Assembly (NCBI RefSeq): GCF_041903675.1
Contig: NZ_JAYESI010000001.1
Span: 32,643 to 96,642 of the forward strand
Length of the DNA: 64,000 nucleotides
Direction of reading: 5' to 3'
From: Corallococcus sp. RDP092CA
GTDB lineage: Bacteria > Myxococcota > Myxococcia > Myxococcales > Myxococcaceae
In this document: positions 11,856 through 21,427 of the stretch, one piece after another
Layout of the letters: every line of letters begins with the position of its first letter
Numbering within the stretch: the first letter of the stretch is position 1
Made by a program: the position numbers and the translations under genes
Notes under the pieces: model-generated
Databases searched by the model: none
What the model saw: only the letters and a program-made list of their open reading frames with translations
What the model was told of the DNA's origin: nothing

Positions 11856-12151
11856 GGTCCACCAGAGATAACAGCCTCGACCGCCGCCGCATCAACCCCC
11901 TCCACCTTCAATCGCTTACGGCGCGACGTGTCACCTGCCACGAGTGTCACCTGGCGACGTGGCACACCCAGCTTTTTGGCGATGAATTCCACCAGGGCCG
12001 CATTCGCTTCTCCATCCACGGGCGGCGCGGCCAGTTGGAGCTTCAGCTGGCCGTCGTGCTCGCCCACCACCTTGGTGCGGGACGCGCGCGGCTGGACGAG
12101 CACCGTCAGCTCCACCCCGTCGGATACGGCCTTGAGCCAGGGGGCGGGCAT
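11852..12151 (-). CDS. DUF167/YggU-family small protein.
   Basis: 99 aa, LTVLVQPRASRTKVVGEHDGQLKLQLAAPPVDGEANAALVEFIAKKLGV, typical of the UPF0235 family. There is a 4-nt overlap with the upstream gene. Confidence 0.65.
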   Translation of the reverse strand: MPAPWLKAVSDGVELTVLVQPRASRTKVVGEHDGQLKLQLAAPPVDGEANAALVEFIAKKLGVPRRQVTLVAGDTSRRKRLKVEGVDAAAVEAVISGGP

Positions 12152-12160
12152 GCGCGGGTG

Positions 12161-12688
12161 CTAGTCGTTGGAGGTGGCCTTCTTCTGCGACAGGAACGCG
12201 ACGTTGTCCTCCACGCGCGCGTAGTCGCGGTCCGCGAAGGCGGGCGCGGCGAAGGTCTCCAGCAGCTTGCGGTGGGCCTCCACCACCGAGCGCACCTGCG
12301 ACTCGAACTGGGTGCGCTGGCGCTTGAGCTCGTTGATGTCCTCCACCACCTGCACCAGCCGCTGGTGCGCGCCGTGGACGATCTTCTCCGCCTGGTGCTC
12401 CGCGTCCGCGATGATGATCTCCGCTTCCTTCTTCGCGGCGTCCTTCAGGTCCTCGCTGATGCGCTGGGCGGTGACCATCGTCTCCTGGAGGGTGCGCTCG
12501 CGCTCCTGGTGCTGCTCGAGCCGCGCCTGCGTGCGCTTCAGCTCCTCCTTGAGCGCGATGTTCTCCTTCACGACCTCCTCGAACTCGCCGGCGATCAGCT
12601 CCAGGTACGCGCCCACTTCGGGACGCGCGAAGCCGCGCATCACCGTCTCGAAGCGCTTCTGCCGGATGTCGAGGGGGGTGATCTTCAT
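12161..12688 (-). CDS. divIVA: DivIVA-domain cell-division/polarity protein.
   Basis: N-terminus MKITPLDIRQKRF...RGFARPEVGAYLELIAGEFEE, followed by a long coiled coil. Confidence 0.8.
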   Translation of the reverse strand: MKITPLDIRQKRFETVMRGFARPEVGAYLELIAGEFEEVVKENIALKEELKRTQARLEQHQERERTLQETMVTAQRISEDLKDAAKKEAEIIIADAEHQAEKIVHGAHQRLVQVVEDINELKRQRTQFESQVRSVVEAHRKLLETFAAPAFADRDYARVEDNVAFLSQKKATSND

Positions 12689-12796
12689 GCGCCCCAGTCT
12701 AACCCATACACGCGCGCACTCCAGGAATCGGCCCGGAGGCCGGGCCGCGGGGCCGCGCCGGCACAGCGGGAGGGAGGGCAGGCGGGCAGGCGTGTC

Positions 12797-13366
12797 TCAG
12801 GGCGCGGCGGCCGGAGCGGCTTCCCACTGCGACGCCACCGAGCGCGCGGCGTTCTGCACCGCGTAGCCCACGCGGCTGTCGGCGGCCACGTCCTGCACCA
12901 CCCGGCGGGCGGTGGGGGTGCGCTGGTAGAGCAGCCCTCCCAGCGCCTGGATCTTCAGCTCGTCCGGCAGGCGCGGGTGGCGCACGACGTTGCCCAGGAT
13001 CTCCTCCGCGCGGCGATGCTGGAACAGCGCCACCGCGCGCAGCGCGGCCTGCTGGATGCGCGGGTTCGGGTCCCAGATGAACGCGGCCAGCGGGTCCAGG
13101 GCGCGCGGGTCGCCCAGGAGCGCCAAGTCCTCGATGGCGAGCGCGCGGATCTCCTCCGGGCCGGGCTCCGCCGCCCACAGCAGGCCCCGGAGGAGGGCGA
13201 CGTCCTGCGCGCTTCCCTCCGCCGGCGGCCGGGCGGGGGCCGCCGCCGCGGGGGCCCTGTCGGCCTTCAGGGAGGCCCTGGGCGCCGCGGCCGGAGGGGC
13301 TGAAGACGGGGCCTGGGCGTGCGCGGCGGCGGTCAGGAGCAGGGCGGCGGCGAGGAGCGGTCGCAT
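12797..13366 (-). CDS. Periplasmic HEAT-repeat protein.
   Basis: Signal peptide MRPLLAAALLLTAAAHAQA. HEAT/PBS-lyase-like repeats (ALLGDPRALDPLAAFIWDPNPRIQQAALRAV). Confidence 0.6.
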   Translation of the reverse strand: MRPLLAAALLLTAAAHAQAPSSAPPAAAPRASLKADRAPAAAAPARPPAEGSAQDVALLRGLLWAAEPGPEEIRALAIEDLALLGDPRALDPLAAFIWDPNPRIQQAALRAVALFQHRRAEEILGNVVRHPRLPDELKIQALGGLLYQRTPTARRVVQDVAADSRVGYAVQNAARSVASQWEAAPAAAP

Positions 13367-13513
13367 GGGGCCGTTCTACCCGAATCCCGGGAAGCCCGGC
13401 AGCGCCGCGCTGGGGCACCCCCCGGGTCACCCGCGACATTTTCTTGACGGGATCCCCGGCTGTGGGAGTTTGCCGGTGCTACAGGCGTGTTGCGAACGGA
13501 GGACCGATTCACC

Positions 13514-14029
13514 ATGGGTGCGGCAGTCGCGAGCTGGCAGACACTGGAGAACGTCACGGTGGAGTGCACCCACTGCGGCGTGATGATGACGCTCCAGCCC
13601 GGAACCCGGGTGAAGTACTACCGGTGCGGTTCATGTCACCGCTGGGTGTCCAGCACCTACAGCGAGGTCTTCCGCGCGGACGCGAAGATGCGCACGCACC
13701 CGGTGAAGGACACCTCGGACGCGGACGCGCGCTTCGTGGAGCTGAAGGACCGGCTGGACAAGTGGCTCACCGCCGTCCAGGAGCAGTGCCCGTACCAGAC
13801 CCTGGGCGTGTCGCCGCTGGATCCGCCGGACGTGATTCGCGCGCGCTTCCACGCGCTGGCCCTGGAGCGGCACCCGGACCGGGGCGGCTCCGCGGAGCAG
13901 ATGCGCGAGGTCAACGCCGCCTACGAGCGCATCCTCAAGCACCGTCAGCGCAAGCGGCTGGAGGCCATGGCGTCCGGGACGTCCACGCGCGCCACGCCCG
14001 CGTCCGTCCTGCCCGCGCGCAGCAGGTAG
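13514..14029 (+). CDS. J-domain (DnaJ-like) protein with an N-terminal zinc-ribbon.
   Basis: CxxC...CxxC (CTHCG...CGSCH), then a J domain with the HPD motif (YQTLGVSPLD...LALERHPDRGG). A GTG at 13487 is an alternative start. The 3' end overlaps the convergent gene by ~85 nt, so the C-terminus is uncertain. Confidence 0.65.
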   Translation: MGAAVASWQTLENVTVECTHCGVMMTLQPGTRVKYYRCGSCHRWVSSTYSEVFRADAKMRTHPVKDTSDADARFVELKDRLDKWLTAVQEQCPYQTLGVSPLDPPDVIRARFHALALERHPDRGGSAEQMREVNAAYERILKHRQRKRLEAMASGTSTRATPASVLPARSR

Positions 14030-14955
14030 AGCCAGAAGAGGACTCCCAGCGACAGGCCCAGCCCCACCTTGGCCCAGGTGGGGAACAGGTGGCCCGGGGA
14101 GATGAAGCCCTCCACCACGCCGATGCAGGCGAGGAAGGGCGCGCAGCCCACCACCAGCTTCACGGCTTCACGCCCGCGCGTCTGGAGCGCCTGCGCGCGC
14201 GGCAGCTCGCCCGGGTCGATGAGCGCCTGGCCCACCATCAGCCCGGCGCCGCCGGAGATGACGATGATGGACAGCTCCACCGGCCCGTGCGCGGCGATGA
14301 AGTCCAGGAAGCCCGCCGTCATGCCCTCGCGGACGCACAGCGCGCCCACCGCGCCGATGAGCACGCCGTTGTTCACGAGCGTGAAGATGGGCCCCACGCC
14401 CAGCAGGATGCCGGACGCGAACGCGAACAGCGTGACGGTGAGGTTGTTGGTCGCGATGCCGGACGCGACGGCGTTGGGCGGCGCCACGGACAGCAGGTCA
14501 TCCGTCCACATGCGCCCCTGCGCCACGTAGCGCCGCACGCCCTCCGGCACCAGCAGCTCCGCGCCTCGCGGCTCCAGCGCCACCACCAGCGCGCCCAGCA
14601 GCAGCCCCAGCACCAGCAGGCCCGCGCTCACGCCCACGAAGCGGGCCTCGCGGCGCAGGGTGGCGGGGAAGTCCCGCCGGAAGAAGGCGCGCGTGGAGGC
14701 CCAGCGCTCGCGCGGCGGCTGGTAGATGGCGCCATACGCCTGCGCGCACAGCTGGTTGAGGAAGCGGTGCGCGTCCGTGCCCGGGTAGAACGTCTGCGCC
14801 TGCGCCAGGTCCGCGGCCGCGCGCCGGTACAGCGTGTCCAGCGTGCGCAGGTCCGTCAGGCCCAGCCGGCCCGCGCGCTGGCGCGTCAGCAGCGCCTGGA
14901 GCGCGTCCCAGTCCGGCCGGCGCCGCGTGACGAAGGTGGGCAGGGGCGCGGCCAT
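13945..14955 (-). CDS. SpoIIM/DUF95-family integral membrane protein.
   Basis: Multi-TM protein, domain architecture typical of the 'stage II sporulation protein M' family (the call rests on overall similarity, not a signature motif). The start overlaps the RDD gene stop (ATGTCA). Confidence 0.65.
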   Translation of the reverse strand: MAAPLPTFVTRRRPDWDALQALLTRQRAGRLGLTDLRTLDTLYRRAAADLAQAQTFYPGTDAHRFLNQLCAQAYGAIYQPPRERWASTRAFFRRDFPATLRREARFVGVSAGLLVLGLLLGALVVALEPRGAELLVPEGVRRYVAQGRMWTDDLLSVAPPNAVASGIATNNLTVTLFAFASGILLGVGPIFTLVNNGVLIGAVGALCVREGMTAGFLDFIAAHGPVELSIIVISGGAGLMVGQALIDPGELPRAQALQTRGREAVKLVVGCAPFLACIGVVEGFISPGHLFPTWAKVGLGLSLGVLFWLYLLRAGRTDAGVARVDVPDAMASSRLR

Positions 14956-14956
14956 G

Positions 14957-15742
14957 TCAGTGGACCGCCTTCGCGCGCGTGCGCAGGAAGGACTCCGTGG
15001 CCTCCGGGGACTGGAGCACCCGGGTGCGCTCCTCGTCCGTCAGGGCCGCGCCCACGCGGTCCACCAGCCGGCCGCCCAGCCGCCGCCGCACCTCCGGCTC
15101 CAGGCCGGGCGCGCGCGCGAGGAACGCCAGCACCAGCTCCACGTCCTCCGCGTCCAGCGGCCGCTGCACGGCGGCGTCCGTGGCGGGGGACCCCGCGGGC
15201 GCGGCGTCCGCCGTGGCGCCTTGCGTGTACTTGTCCAGGTCGATGGCCTCCTCGCGCACCAGCACCGTCCCGGCGAGCAGGTCCCCCAGCCGGCGGTGCC
15301 GCGCGTCCAGCAGCATGGTGATGCAGCCCGTGGCGTAGAGCACCGGCAGGAAGTCCACCGCGCGGCACAGGTTCCTCACCGCGCTCTCGAAGAAGCCCAC
15401 CGGCGAGCCGTCCTCGCGCACCACGCGGATGCGCAGCGCGCGCTTGCCGGGTGTCTGTCCATGGAAGAACACCTCCGCCAGCGTCCAGTACAGCCATTGC
15501 GTGGCGAAGAGGCCCACCGCCAGCAGCGTCTGCGTGAGCCCCGACAGCGCCTGGAAGGCCCCCAGCACGTCGGACACCAGCAGGGTGATGACGAAGTAGA
15601 GCGCCACCCAGAAGAAGAACAGCAGGCTCGCGTCCACCAGCCACGCGAGGCAGCGGTAGCCGATGCCGGCCACGGGCAGGGAGAGGGCCACCCGCTCGGG
15701 CGTGGCGACGTCGACATGGGGTGCGGGGGCGGAGGGAGTCAT
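14957..15742 (-). CDS. RDD-family membrane protein.
   Basis: Start chosen at the internal ATG (MTPSAPAPHV...). RDD-family membrane domain (ESAVRNLCRAVDFLPV). The longer ORF upstream of this ATG looks like GC-frame noise. Confidence 0.7.
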   Translation of the reverse strand: MTPSAPAPHVDVATPERVALSLPVAGIGYRCLAWLVDASLLFFFWVALYFVITLLVSDVLGAFQALSGLTQTLLAVGLFATQWLYWTLAEVFFHGQTPGKRALRIRVVREDGSPVGFFESAVRNLCRAVDFLPVLYATGCITMLLDARHRRLGDLLAGTVLVREEAIDLDKYTQGATADAAPAGSPATDAAVQRPLDAEDVELVLAFLARAPGLEPEVRRRLGGRLVDRVGAALTDEERTRVLQSPEATESFLRTRAKAVH

Positions 15743-16129
15743 GCGTGCGAGACGCACAGCATACGCCCTTCGCGTCCAGGACGTGCACCTGCGCACGCGT
15801 GGGCGCCCGCGCACGGGCATTGGACGAAACACCAAGCAAAACATCCAGATCCGGACGCGAAGCGGATGTCCCGCGCTCGACAGCGAACACGACCTGACGG
15901 GCGAGACCCTGGATTTCGATGCGATTCGTGCGCAATTGACAGTCCCGCCGGGGTCCGTTCGCATGAGGCCTTGGATGATGTTAGGGTCTCGGTTGGCTGG
16001 ATTTGCTTGAAACGAAAAAGGAGGAGTGGCCTGGACGGGCCAGTTCGGCAGTCGCAAGCGCAGTCCGCAGGGCAGCACTGACAGGACCCCCGGATGGAGT
16101 TGAAGCGCGGTTCTCGCACGCTCATCACA

Positions 16130-16144
16130 GGCGGAAGTTCCGCC
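16130..16144. promoter_or_regulatory. 15-bp perfect palindrome GGCGGAAGTTCCGCC, ~85 nt upstream of the LuxR-type regulator gene.
   Basis: Read from the sequence. The geometry suits a dimeric HTH binding site. Confidence 0.3.
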
Positions 16145-16226
16145 GCGGTTCCACCGACTCCGGGGCAGGTTGAAGTCGACAGGTAGCATTGAAAGCAATT
16201 CGCCACGACGGCTGGGGGGCCATCGC

Positions 16227-16913
16227 ATGGCAGCGAATCAATCGGCAGTTCGTATTTCGATTCTCGAAGGACCGTGGGCGGCCTGGCAGGGCCTGTCCGA
16301 GGGCCTCCGGGGTGAGGGTCATTCCACTTCAGTGACGCGCGACGTGCGCGGCTTCCTGGACGGGCTCGGCACGGATCCACCGCAAGTGGCCATCCTCGAC
16401 GTGGAGAGCGACGGCGAAGCCGCCATCGGCTGCTCCGTGACGGAGGGGCTCAACCTGCTGCGCGAGGCGCGCAAGCGCCGGCTGGAAGTGCGCATGCTGC
16501 TGCTGTCCGCGGTGAGCACGCCGGAGGTCATCTCCCAGTGCTTCGACGAAGGGGCCTCGGGGTACCTCTTCCGCGCGGGGCTGGGCGTGAACGCGGTGTC
16601 CTCCGCGGTGCAGTCGTTGGTGCGGGGCGAGCGCCTCTTCCCGGTGCAGCTGCTGCGCAACGACTTCGAGCATCCGCCGGTGACGTCACCCACGGCGAGC
16701 GTGCTCCTGCTGCTCACGCAGCGCGAGCGCGAGGTGCTGCAATACGTCGCGGGCGGGGCGGACAACCTGAAGATCGCCGCGCACCTCCAGATCGCGGAGC
16801 GGACGGTGAAGTCACACGTCACGCAGCTCTACCGCAAGCTGGGCGCGGAGAACCGCACCCAGCTCGCCTTGCGCGCCTGCCACCTGGGCGTCAGGCCTCC
16901 TCCGGATCTCTAG
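16227..16913 (+). CDS. LuxR/FixJ-family response regulator (receiver-like N-terminus, LuxR HTH C-terminus).
   Basis: C-terminal LuxR HTH (LTQREREVLQYVAGGADNLKIAAHLQIAERTVKSHVTQLYRKLG). The N-terminal receiver-like domain has acidic residues (ILDVESDGEA). Confidence 0.75.
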   Translation: MAANQSAVRISILEGPWAAWQGLSEGLRGEGHSTSVTRDVRGFLDGLGTDPPQVAILDVESDGEAAIGCSVTEGLNLLREARKRRLEVRMLLLSAVSTPEVISQCFDEGASGYLFRAGLGVNAVSSAVQSLVRGERLFPVQLLRNDFEHPPVTSPTASVLLLLTQREREVLQYVAGGADNLKIAAHLQIAERTVKSHVTQLYRKLGAENRTQLALRACHLGVRPPPDL

Positions 16914-16973
16914 GGGGACGGCCCACCCTCCCCGTCGAGGCGGGGAGGGCATGGTGGGGAGCGCGCGCGGCCT

Positions 16974-17201
16974 TCAGTTCTTGTTGCGGGCCGCGTCCTC
17001 TTCCATCTTCTTGCGGAGGCTCAGGGGGCGCATGTCCGTCCAGACCTCCTTGATGTACTCCAGGCACTCGGCCTTCAGGCCCTGCTTGCCGGCGTCCTTC
17101 CAGCCCAGCGCGTTCTCACGGTCCGCGGGCCAGATGGAGTACTGCTCTTCGTGGTTGACGACGACCTTGTAGATCGTCGTGTCTTCGCGCTCGTCGCTCA
17201 T
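16974..17201 (-). CDS. MbtH-like protein.
   Basis: [49 protein letters not shown] matches the MbtH signature (three Trp, SxWP). GGAG RBS precedes the ATG at 17201. Confidence 0.8.
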   Translation of the reverse strand: MSDEREDTTIYKVVVNHEEQYSIWPADRENALGWKDAGKQGLKAECLEYIKEVWTDMRPLSLRKKMEEDAARNKN

Positions 17202-17387
17202 CGGGGTGTGACTCCTGAAAGCAGGGGACCCCCTTTCGTCGCACACCCGGGGAAAAGCGGTCAAGGTAGGCGGACGCAGCAGCCCCGCGCCCTTCCCGGG
17301 AGGGCGGATTCATGCCCGCCCGTCGGCATCGCGCCGGGGAAGCCACATTCGTGACACGGGCGATGCGGGGCGCGGATACTCGGCCGC

Positions 17388-18389
17388 ATGCGCATCTGGA
17401 AGAACGCGGTGGCGGGGCTCGTGCTCCTCGTGGGGGGCGCCTGGGCCTCGCTGGCCCTGGCCCTGACGGGGACGGGGCCGGAGGGGCCGCATGGGGTGCG
17501 GACGCTCGTCGCCGGGGCACTGGTGGCGCTGGCGGTGGTGGCCTGGCGGTGGCGCTCGCGGCGCTGGGGCGTGGCGGTGATGGTGCTGGGCTGCCTGGTC
17601 GTCCATGGCTGGGTGCGCACGTTCCAGCCCTCCAACACGCGCGACTGGGCGCCGGACCTGGCGCGCGCCCCGTGGGCGGAGGTGGCCGGGGCGCGGGTGA
17701 CGCTGCACGACGTGCGCGACTTCCGCTACCGCAGCACCACGGACTGGGATCCGGCCTGGTACACGGCCACCTACGACACGGGCGCGCTCACGGACGCGTC
17801 GTTCATCGTGGAGCCCTTCTCCGGCTTCTACGGCGCCGCGCACACCATGGTGAGCTTCGGCTTCGCGGACGGCCGCCACGTGGTGTTCTCCGTGGAGGTG
17901 CGGCGCGAGCAGGGAGAGACGTTCTCCGCGGTGGGCGGCCTGTTCCGCCGCTTTGAAATCACCTACGTCGTGGGCGACGAGCGGGACCTGGTGCAGCTGC
18001 GCTCCAACTTCCGCCACGACGACGTGTATGTGTATCCGGTGAAGGCGTCGAAGGAGCGCATCACGGCGTTCTTCCTGGACATGGTGCAGCGGATGAACGG
18101 GCTGCACGCGCAGCCGGAGTTCTACGACACGCTCACCAGCAACTGCACCACCAACCTGGTGCGCCACTTCGAGAAGGTGGCCTCGAAGGACGTGCCCTAC
18201 GATCACCGCACGTTGATGCCGGCGTTCTCGGACGCGCTCGCCTATGAGCTGGGCATCATCGACACGGACGCGCCGCTGGAGCAGGTACGCCAGCGCTACC
18301 ACATCAACGCGCGCGCCCTGGCCGCGCAAGGGCGGGACGACTTCTCCGCCCGCATCCGCGCGCCGCTGGAGACGGCCACCGCGCCGTGA
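17388..18389 (+). CDS. DUF4105-family membrane/lipoprotein-associated protein.
   Basis: N-terminal TM helices, then a domain with ...NCTTNLVRHFE... and the overall architecture of the DUF4105 (Lnb N-terminal-like) family. Confidence 0.6.
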   Translation: MRIWKNAVAGLVLLVGGAWASLALALTGTGPEGPHGVRTLVAGALVALAVVAWRWRSRRWGVAVMVLGCLVVHGWVRTFQPSNTRDWAPDLARAPWAEVAGARVTLHDVRDFRYRSTTDWDPAWYTATYDTGALTDASFIVEPFSGFYGAAHTMVSFGFADGRHVVFSVEVRREQGETFSAVGGLFRRFEITYVVGDERDLVQLRSNFRHDDVYVYPVKASKERITAFFLDMVQRMNGLHAQPEFYDTLTSNCTTNLVRHFEKVASKDVPYDHRTLMPAFSDALAYELGIIDTDAPLEQVRQRYHINARALAAQGRDDFSARIRAPLETATAP

Positions 18390-18398
18390 GGGCCTGCC

Positions 18399-19145
18399 TC
18401 AGGTGCCCGTCGCGGCCTGGGGCGGTGCTGGGGGCGTGAAGCCGCCGCGCAGGTGCTTGTCGTAGTGCGCCTGCAGCGCGGCGAAGTAGCCACGCTCCTC
18501 CCACAGCTCCTGGAGGAGCCGCTCGGTGAGGGACCTCACCTCCGCGTTCTCGGTCCGCGGGTCGGGCACCCGGGGGCCGTGCTTTGGATCCAGGAAGATG
18601 CGCAGGGCCTCGGCCATCAGCACGCGGCTGCTGCGGAAGAGGCGGCGCAGGGCCTGGTTGACGGGCCGGGCGTCCATCTCCGAGCAGGCGGCGACGATGG
18701 CGGCCTGCACCTGGCGGGGCGCGTCCCCCTGGAGCGAGGTCGCGTCCAGGTCCCCGCGCTCGAGCGCGTGGTGCAGCAGGTAGCCATGGTGCAGGCACAC
18801 GCTCGTCAGGTCCACGCAGTCCTTCACCCAGAGGACGAAGAAGACCTTGCGGAACACCTTGCGCACGGGGAAGAGGGCCACGGCCTTGAGATAGGACAGC
18901 AGCTGTCCGCCCGGACTGCGCGTGTCATACGAGCCGGCGAGCACCGCGACGGCCTTGTCCGGCGCCTTCAGCCCCTTCTCCTTGAGCTGGTCGCGCACGG
19001 ACTGCTCGCGCACCTGGCGCAGGGCGTAGTCATCCAGGAAGGGCACGGGGATGAGCGGGGTGAGCCCGGCCGCCACGGCGTGGAAGGCCACGCGGGCGAG
19101 CGAGGGCGGCAAGGCATCGGGCGGACGGGAGGCGGAATCAGCCAT
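18399..19145 (-). CDS. Hypothetical protein.
   Basis: Long ORF with protein-like composition. No motif recognised. Confidence 0.45.
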   Translation of the reverse strand: MADSASRPPDALPPSLARVAFHAVAAGLTPLIPVPFLDDYALRQVREQSVRDQLKEKGLKAPDKAVAVLAGSYDTRSPGGQLLSYLKAVALFPVRKVFRKVFFVLWVKDCVDLTSVCLHHGYLLHHALERGDLDATSLQGDAPRQVQAAIVAACSEMDARPVNQALRRLFRSSRVLMAEALRIFLDPKHGPRVPDPRTENAEVRSLTERLLQELWEERGYFAALQAHYDKHLRGGFTPPAPPQAATGT

Positions 19146-19203
19146 GGCGTGTTTCATAACCGCTTCCGCGCGGGCGGCCTTCCATCGCTAGAGTGGGAGT
19201 GTC

Positions 19204-19833
19204 ATGAACCCGGCGCGAGGCGCGGGGCAGGGAAAGGCGTTGCGCCGCATGAAGGCGAAGAAGGAGGAGCTGCCCATCGTGCCCTTCGCGTCCGAGAAGG
19301 CCTGGGAGAAGTGGCTGGAGAAGCACCACGCCGACTCGCCGGGCGTGTGGGTGAAGCTCGCGAAGCTCGAGTCCGGCATCCCGTCCGTGACGTACGCGCA
19401 GGCGCTGGAGGTGGCGCTCTGCTTCGGCTGGATCGACGGGCAGAAGGGCTCGTTCGACGACGCGTACTGGCTCCAGCGCTTCACGCCGCGCAAGCCGCGC
19501 AGCAAGTGGTCGAAGATCAACCGCGGCAAGGTGGAGGCCCTGGTCGCCGCCGGACGCATGCGGCCCGCCGGCCTGCGCGAGGTGGAGGCGGCGCGCGCGG
19601 ATGGCCGCTGGGAGGAGGCGTACGCGGGGGCGAAGACCATCGAGGTGCCGGAGGACCTGAGGCTCGCGCTGGAGAAGAACCCGAAGGCGCAGGCGTTCTT
19701 CGCCACGCTCAAGGGCGCCAGCCGCTACGCCATCCTCTTCCGGCTCCACGACGCGAAGAAGCCGGAGACGCGCGCGCGTCGGCTGGAGAAGTTCGTCGCG
19801 ATGCTGGAGGCAGGGGAGCAGCTCCACGGCTGA
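19204..19833 (+). CDS. YdeI/OmpD-associated family (DUF1801-like) protein.
   Basis: VWVKLAKLESGIPSVTYAQALEVALCFGWIDGQ ... FFATLKGASRYAILFRLHDAKKPETRARRLEKFV. An ATG at 19249 is an alternative start. Confidence 0.55.
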   Translation: MNPARGAGQGKALRRMKAKKEELPIVPFASEKAWEKWLEKHHADSPGVWVKLAKLESGIPSVTYAQALEVALCFGWIDGQKGSFDDAYWLQRFTPRKPRSKWSKINRGKVEALVAAGRMRPAGLREVEAARADGRWEEAYAGAKTIEVPEDLRLALEKNPKAQAFFATLKGASRYAILFRLHDAKKPETRARRLEKFVAMLEAGEQLHG

Positions 19834-19853
19834 CGCGAGGGCGCGACGCCCCG

Positions 19854-20162
19854 CTACGGCAGGATGCTCTGGAGGAGCGCCCCGCCCGCCTGGAGGAGCG
19901 CGCTGCCCGCGATGAGGTTCGCGCGGGTCTCGCCGCTCAGCAGCGACGCCGCCACGCTCACCCCCAGCGGCTGCTGGCGGAAGAACGCCGTCTCGCGCAT
20001 CGCGAACTCCCAGATGTTGGAGGGCGTCGCGGGCCGGTTGAGCAGCTCGCGGTTCGCTTCGTAGAAGTCACCCACCTGGCCCGCCGCCACCTCGCGCCCC
20101 GCGGCCTGCCCCGCGCGTGCCTGCTCCTGCATCGGCTGGAGCAGGGCGGGCGCCATGGCCAT
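19854..20162 (-). CDS. Small hypothetical protein.
   Basis: ORF only. Confidence 0.3.
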   Translation of the reverse strand: MAMAPALLQPMQEQARAGQAAGREVAAGQVGDFYEANRELLNRPATPSNIWEFAMRETAFFRQQPLGVSVAASLLSGETRANLIAGSALLQAGGALLQSILP

Positions 20163-20385
20163 CGCGCTGGAGCGCCGCCTGCCGCGGCGTCCGTGCGGCT
20201 TCGGCCGGAGCCGTGGAGGCGGCTCGCGCCGCTGGACGGGCCTCCGTCACCGGGTTGGACACGGGGAGCGAAACGCTCCGGTTTCCGACAGGGCCTGCGT
20301 TTCCCATGTCGTCCAGGCTGGCACGGACTCTCCGTCCGGGTCGTGCGGAGGTCGTGGTCCGCCGAGGCCGGGTATCCTCTCCTTC

Positions 20386-20886
20386 ATGAGCAGCCCGATC
20401 GACCCCTTCATGCGCGTTGCCTACCGGGGCGCCTACCAGTTGGCGCGTGCGTGGTGGTTCGTTCGCCGTCCGCGCACGGAGGGCACGCTCGTGGGGGTGT
20501 GGCGGGGGCGCGAGGTGCTGCTCTTGCAGAACTCCTACAAGCAGGCGTTCTCACTCCCCGGTGGCGGCCGGCACCGGGGCGAGTCCCCGGAGGAGACGGG
20601 CGCGCGGGAGCTGCGCGAAGAGGTGGGCCTGCACGTCCCGGCCTCACGGCTGCGCGCGGTCTGCGAGCTGCACCACACGGATGAGTTCAAGCGGGACCGG
20701 TGTCACTTCGTCGAGCTGGACCTCGACGCCGAGCCCCGGCTCGCGCTCGACGGACGGGAGGTGGTGTGGGCCCGGTGGATCGACGTGGAGACCGCGCTGC
20801 GCTTGCCGCTCATGCCCGTGGTGCGCGCCTACCTGGAGGACGCCGCGCGGCGGCGGGGACCCGTGTCCTCCTGCTCGTCCCCTTAG
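20386..20886 (+). CDS. NUDIX hydrolase.
   Basis: Nudix box GGRHRGESPEETGARELREEVGL. ATG at 20386. Confidence 0.8.
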   Translation: MSSPIDPFMRVAYRGAYQLARAWWFVRRPRTEGTLVGVWRGREVLLLQNSYKQAFSLPGGGRHRGESPEETGARELREEVGLHVPASRLRAVCELHHTDEFKRDRCHFVELDLDAEPRLALDGREVVWARWIDVETALRLPLMPVVRAYLEDAARRRGPVSSCSSP

Positions 20887-20977
20887 CGTGAAGGCAGGTT
20901 CCCCGCGCTGTCTTGCACCCTCCCTGGCTCGACCTCACCTTCGGAGGATGGCGGGGCGACAGGAGCGGAGGTGAGCC

Positions 20978-21388
20978 GTGTTGCAAGAAGTCAGGACCAC
21001 CCCTTTGCAGAACGTGGGACGCGGGCTGTTGGGCTCGTTCATGGTCGGCGCCGGCACGGGGCACCTCACCTTCGCGCGAGCGCCCTTTCAGGCGCAGGTG
21101 CCTGACTGGGTTCCCATGGACAAGGACACCGTCGTCCTGCTCTCCGGAGTCGTGGAGATCGGCCTCGGGCTGTCCCTGCTCCTCAACACGCGTCACCGGG
21201 TTCCCATGGGGTTGGGATTGGCGGCCTTCTTCGCGGCCATCTTCCCCGGCAACCTGCATCAGTACGACAAGCGCATCTCCGCGTTCGGCCTGGATACGGA
21301 TCGCAAGCGGCTGGTCCGGCTGTTCTTCCAGCCCGTGCTGATGGCCTGGGCGCTGTGGTCCACAGGTGCCCGGAAGGCATTGCGGTAA
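20978..21388 (+). CDS. DoxX-like small membrane protein.
   Basis: Three or four hydrophobic helices (VVLLSGVVEIGLGLSLLL, GLGLAAFFAAIFPGNL). Confidence 0.5.
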   Translation: MLQEVRTTPLQNVGRGLLGSFMVGAGTGHLTFARAPFQAQVPDWVPMDKDTVVLLSGVVEIGLGLSLLLNTRHRVPMGLGLAAFFAAIFPGNLHQYDKRISAFGLDTDRKRLVRLFFQPVLMAWALWSTGARKALR

Positions 21389-21427
21389 AGCCAGACGTCC
21401 GTGCAGGGCCGCGCGATGGACGGCGGA

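Noticed and set aside
14834-16380. Overlapping ORFs 14834..16081 (+), 14886..15935 (-) and 15739..16380 (-).
   Set aside because: They are alternative frames of the RDD gene and the intergenic region. Their compositions are noise-like.
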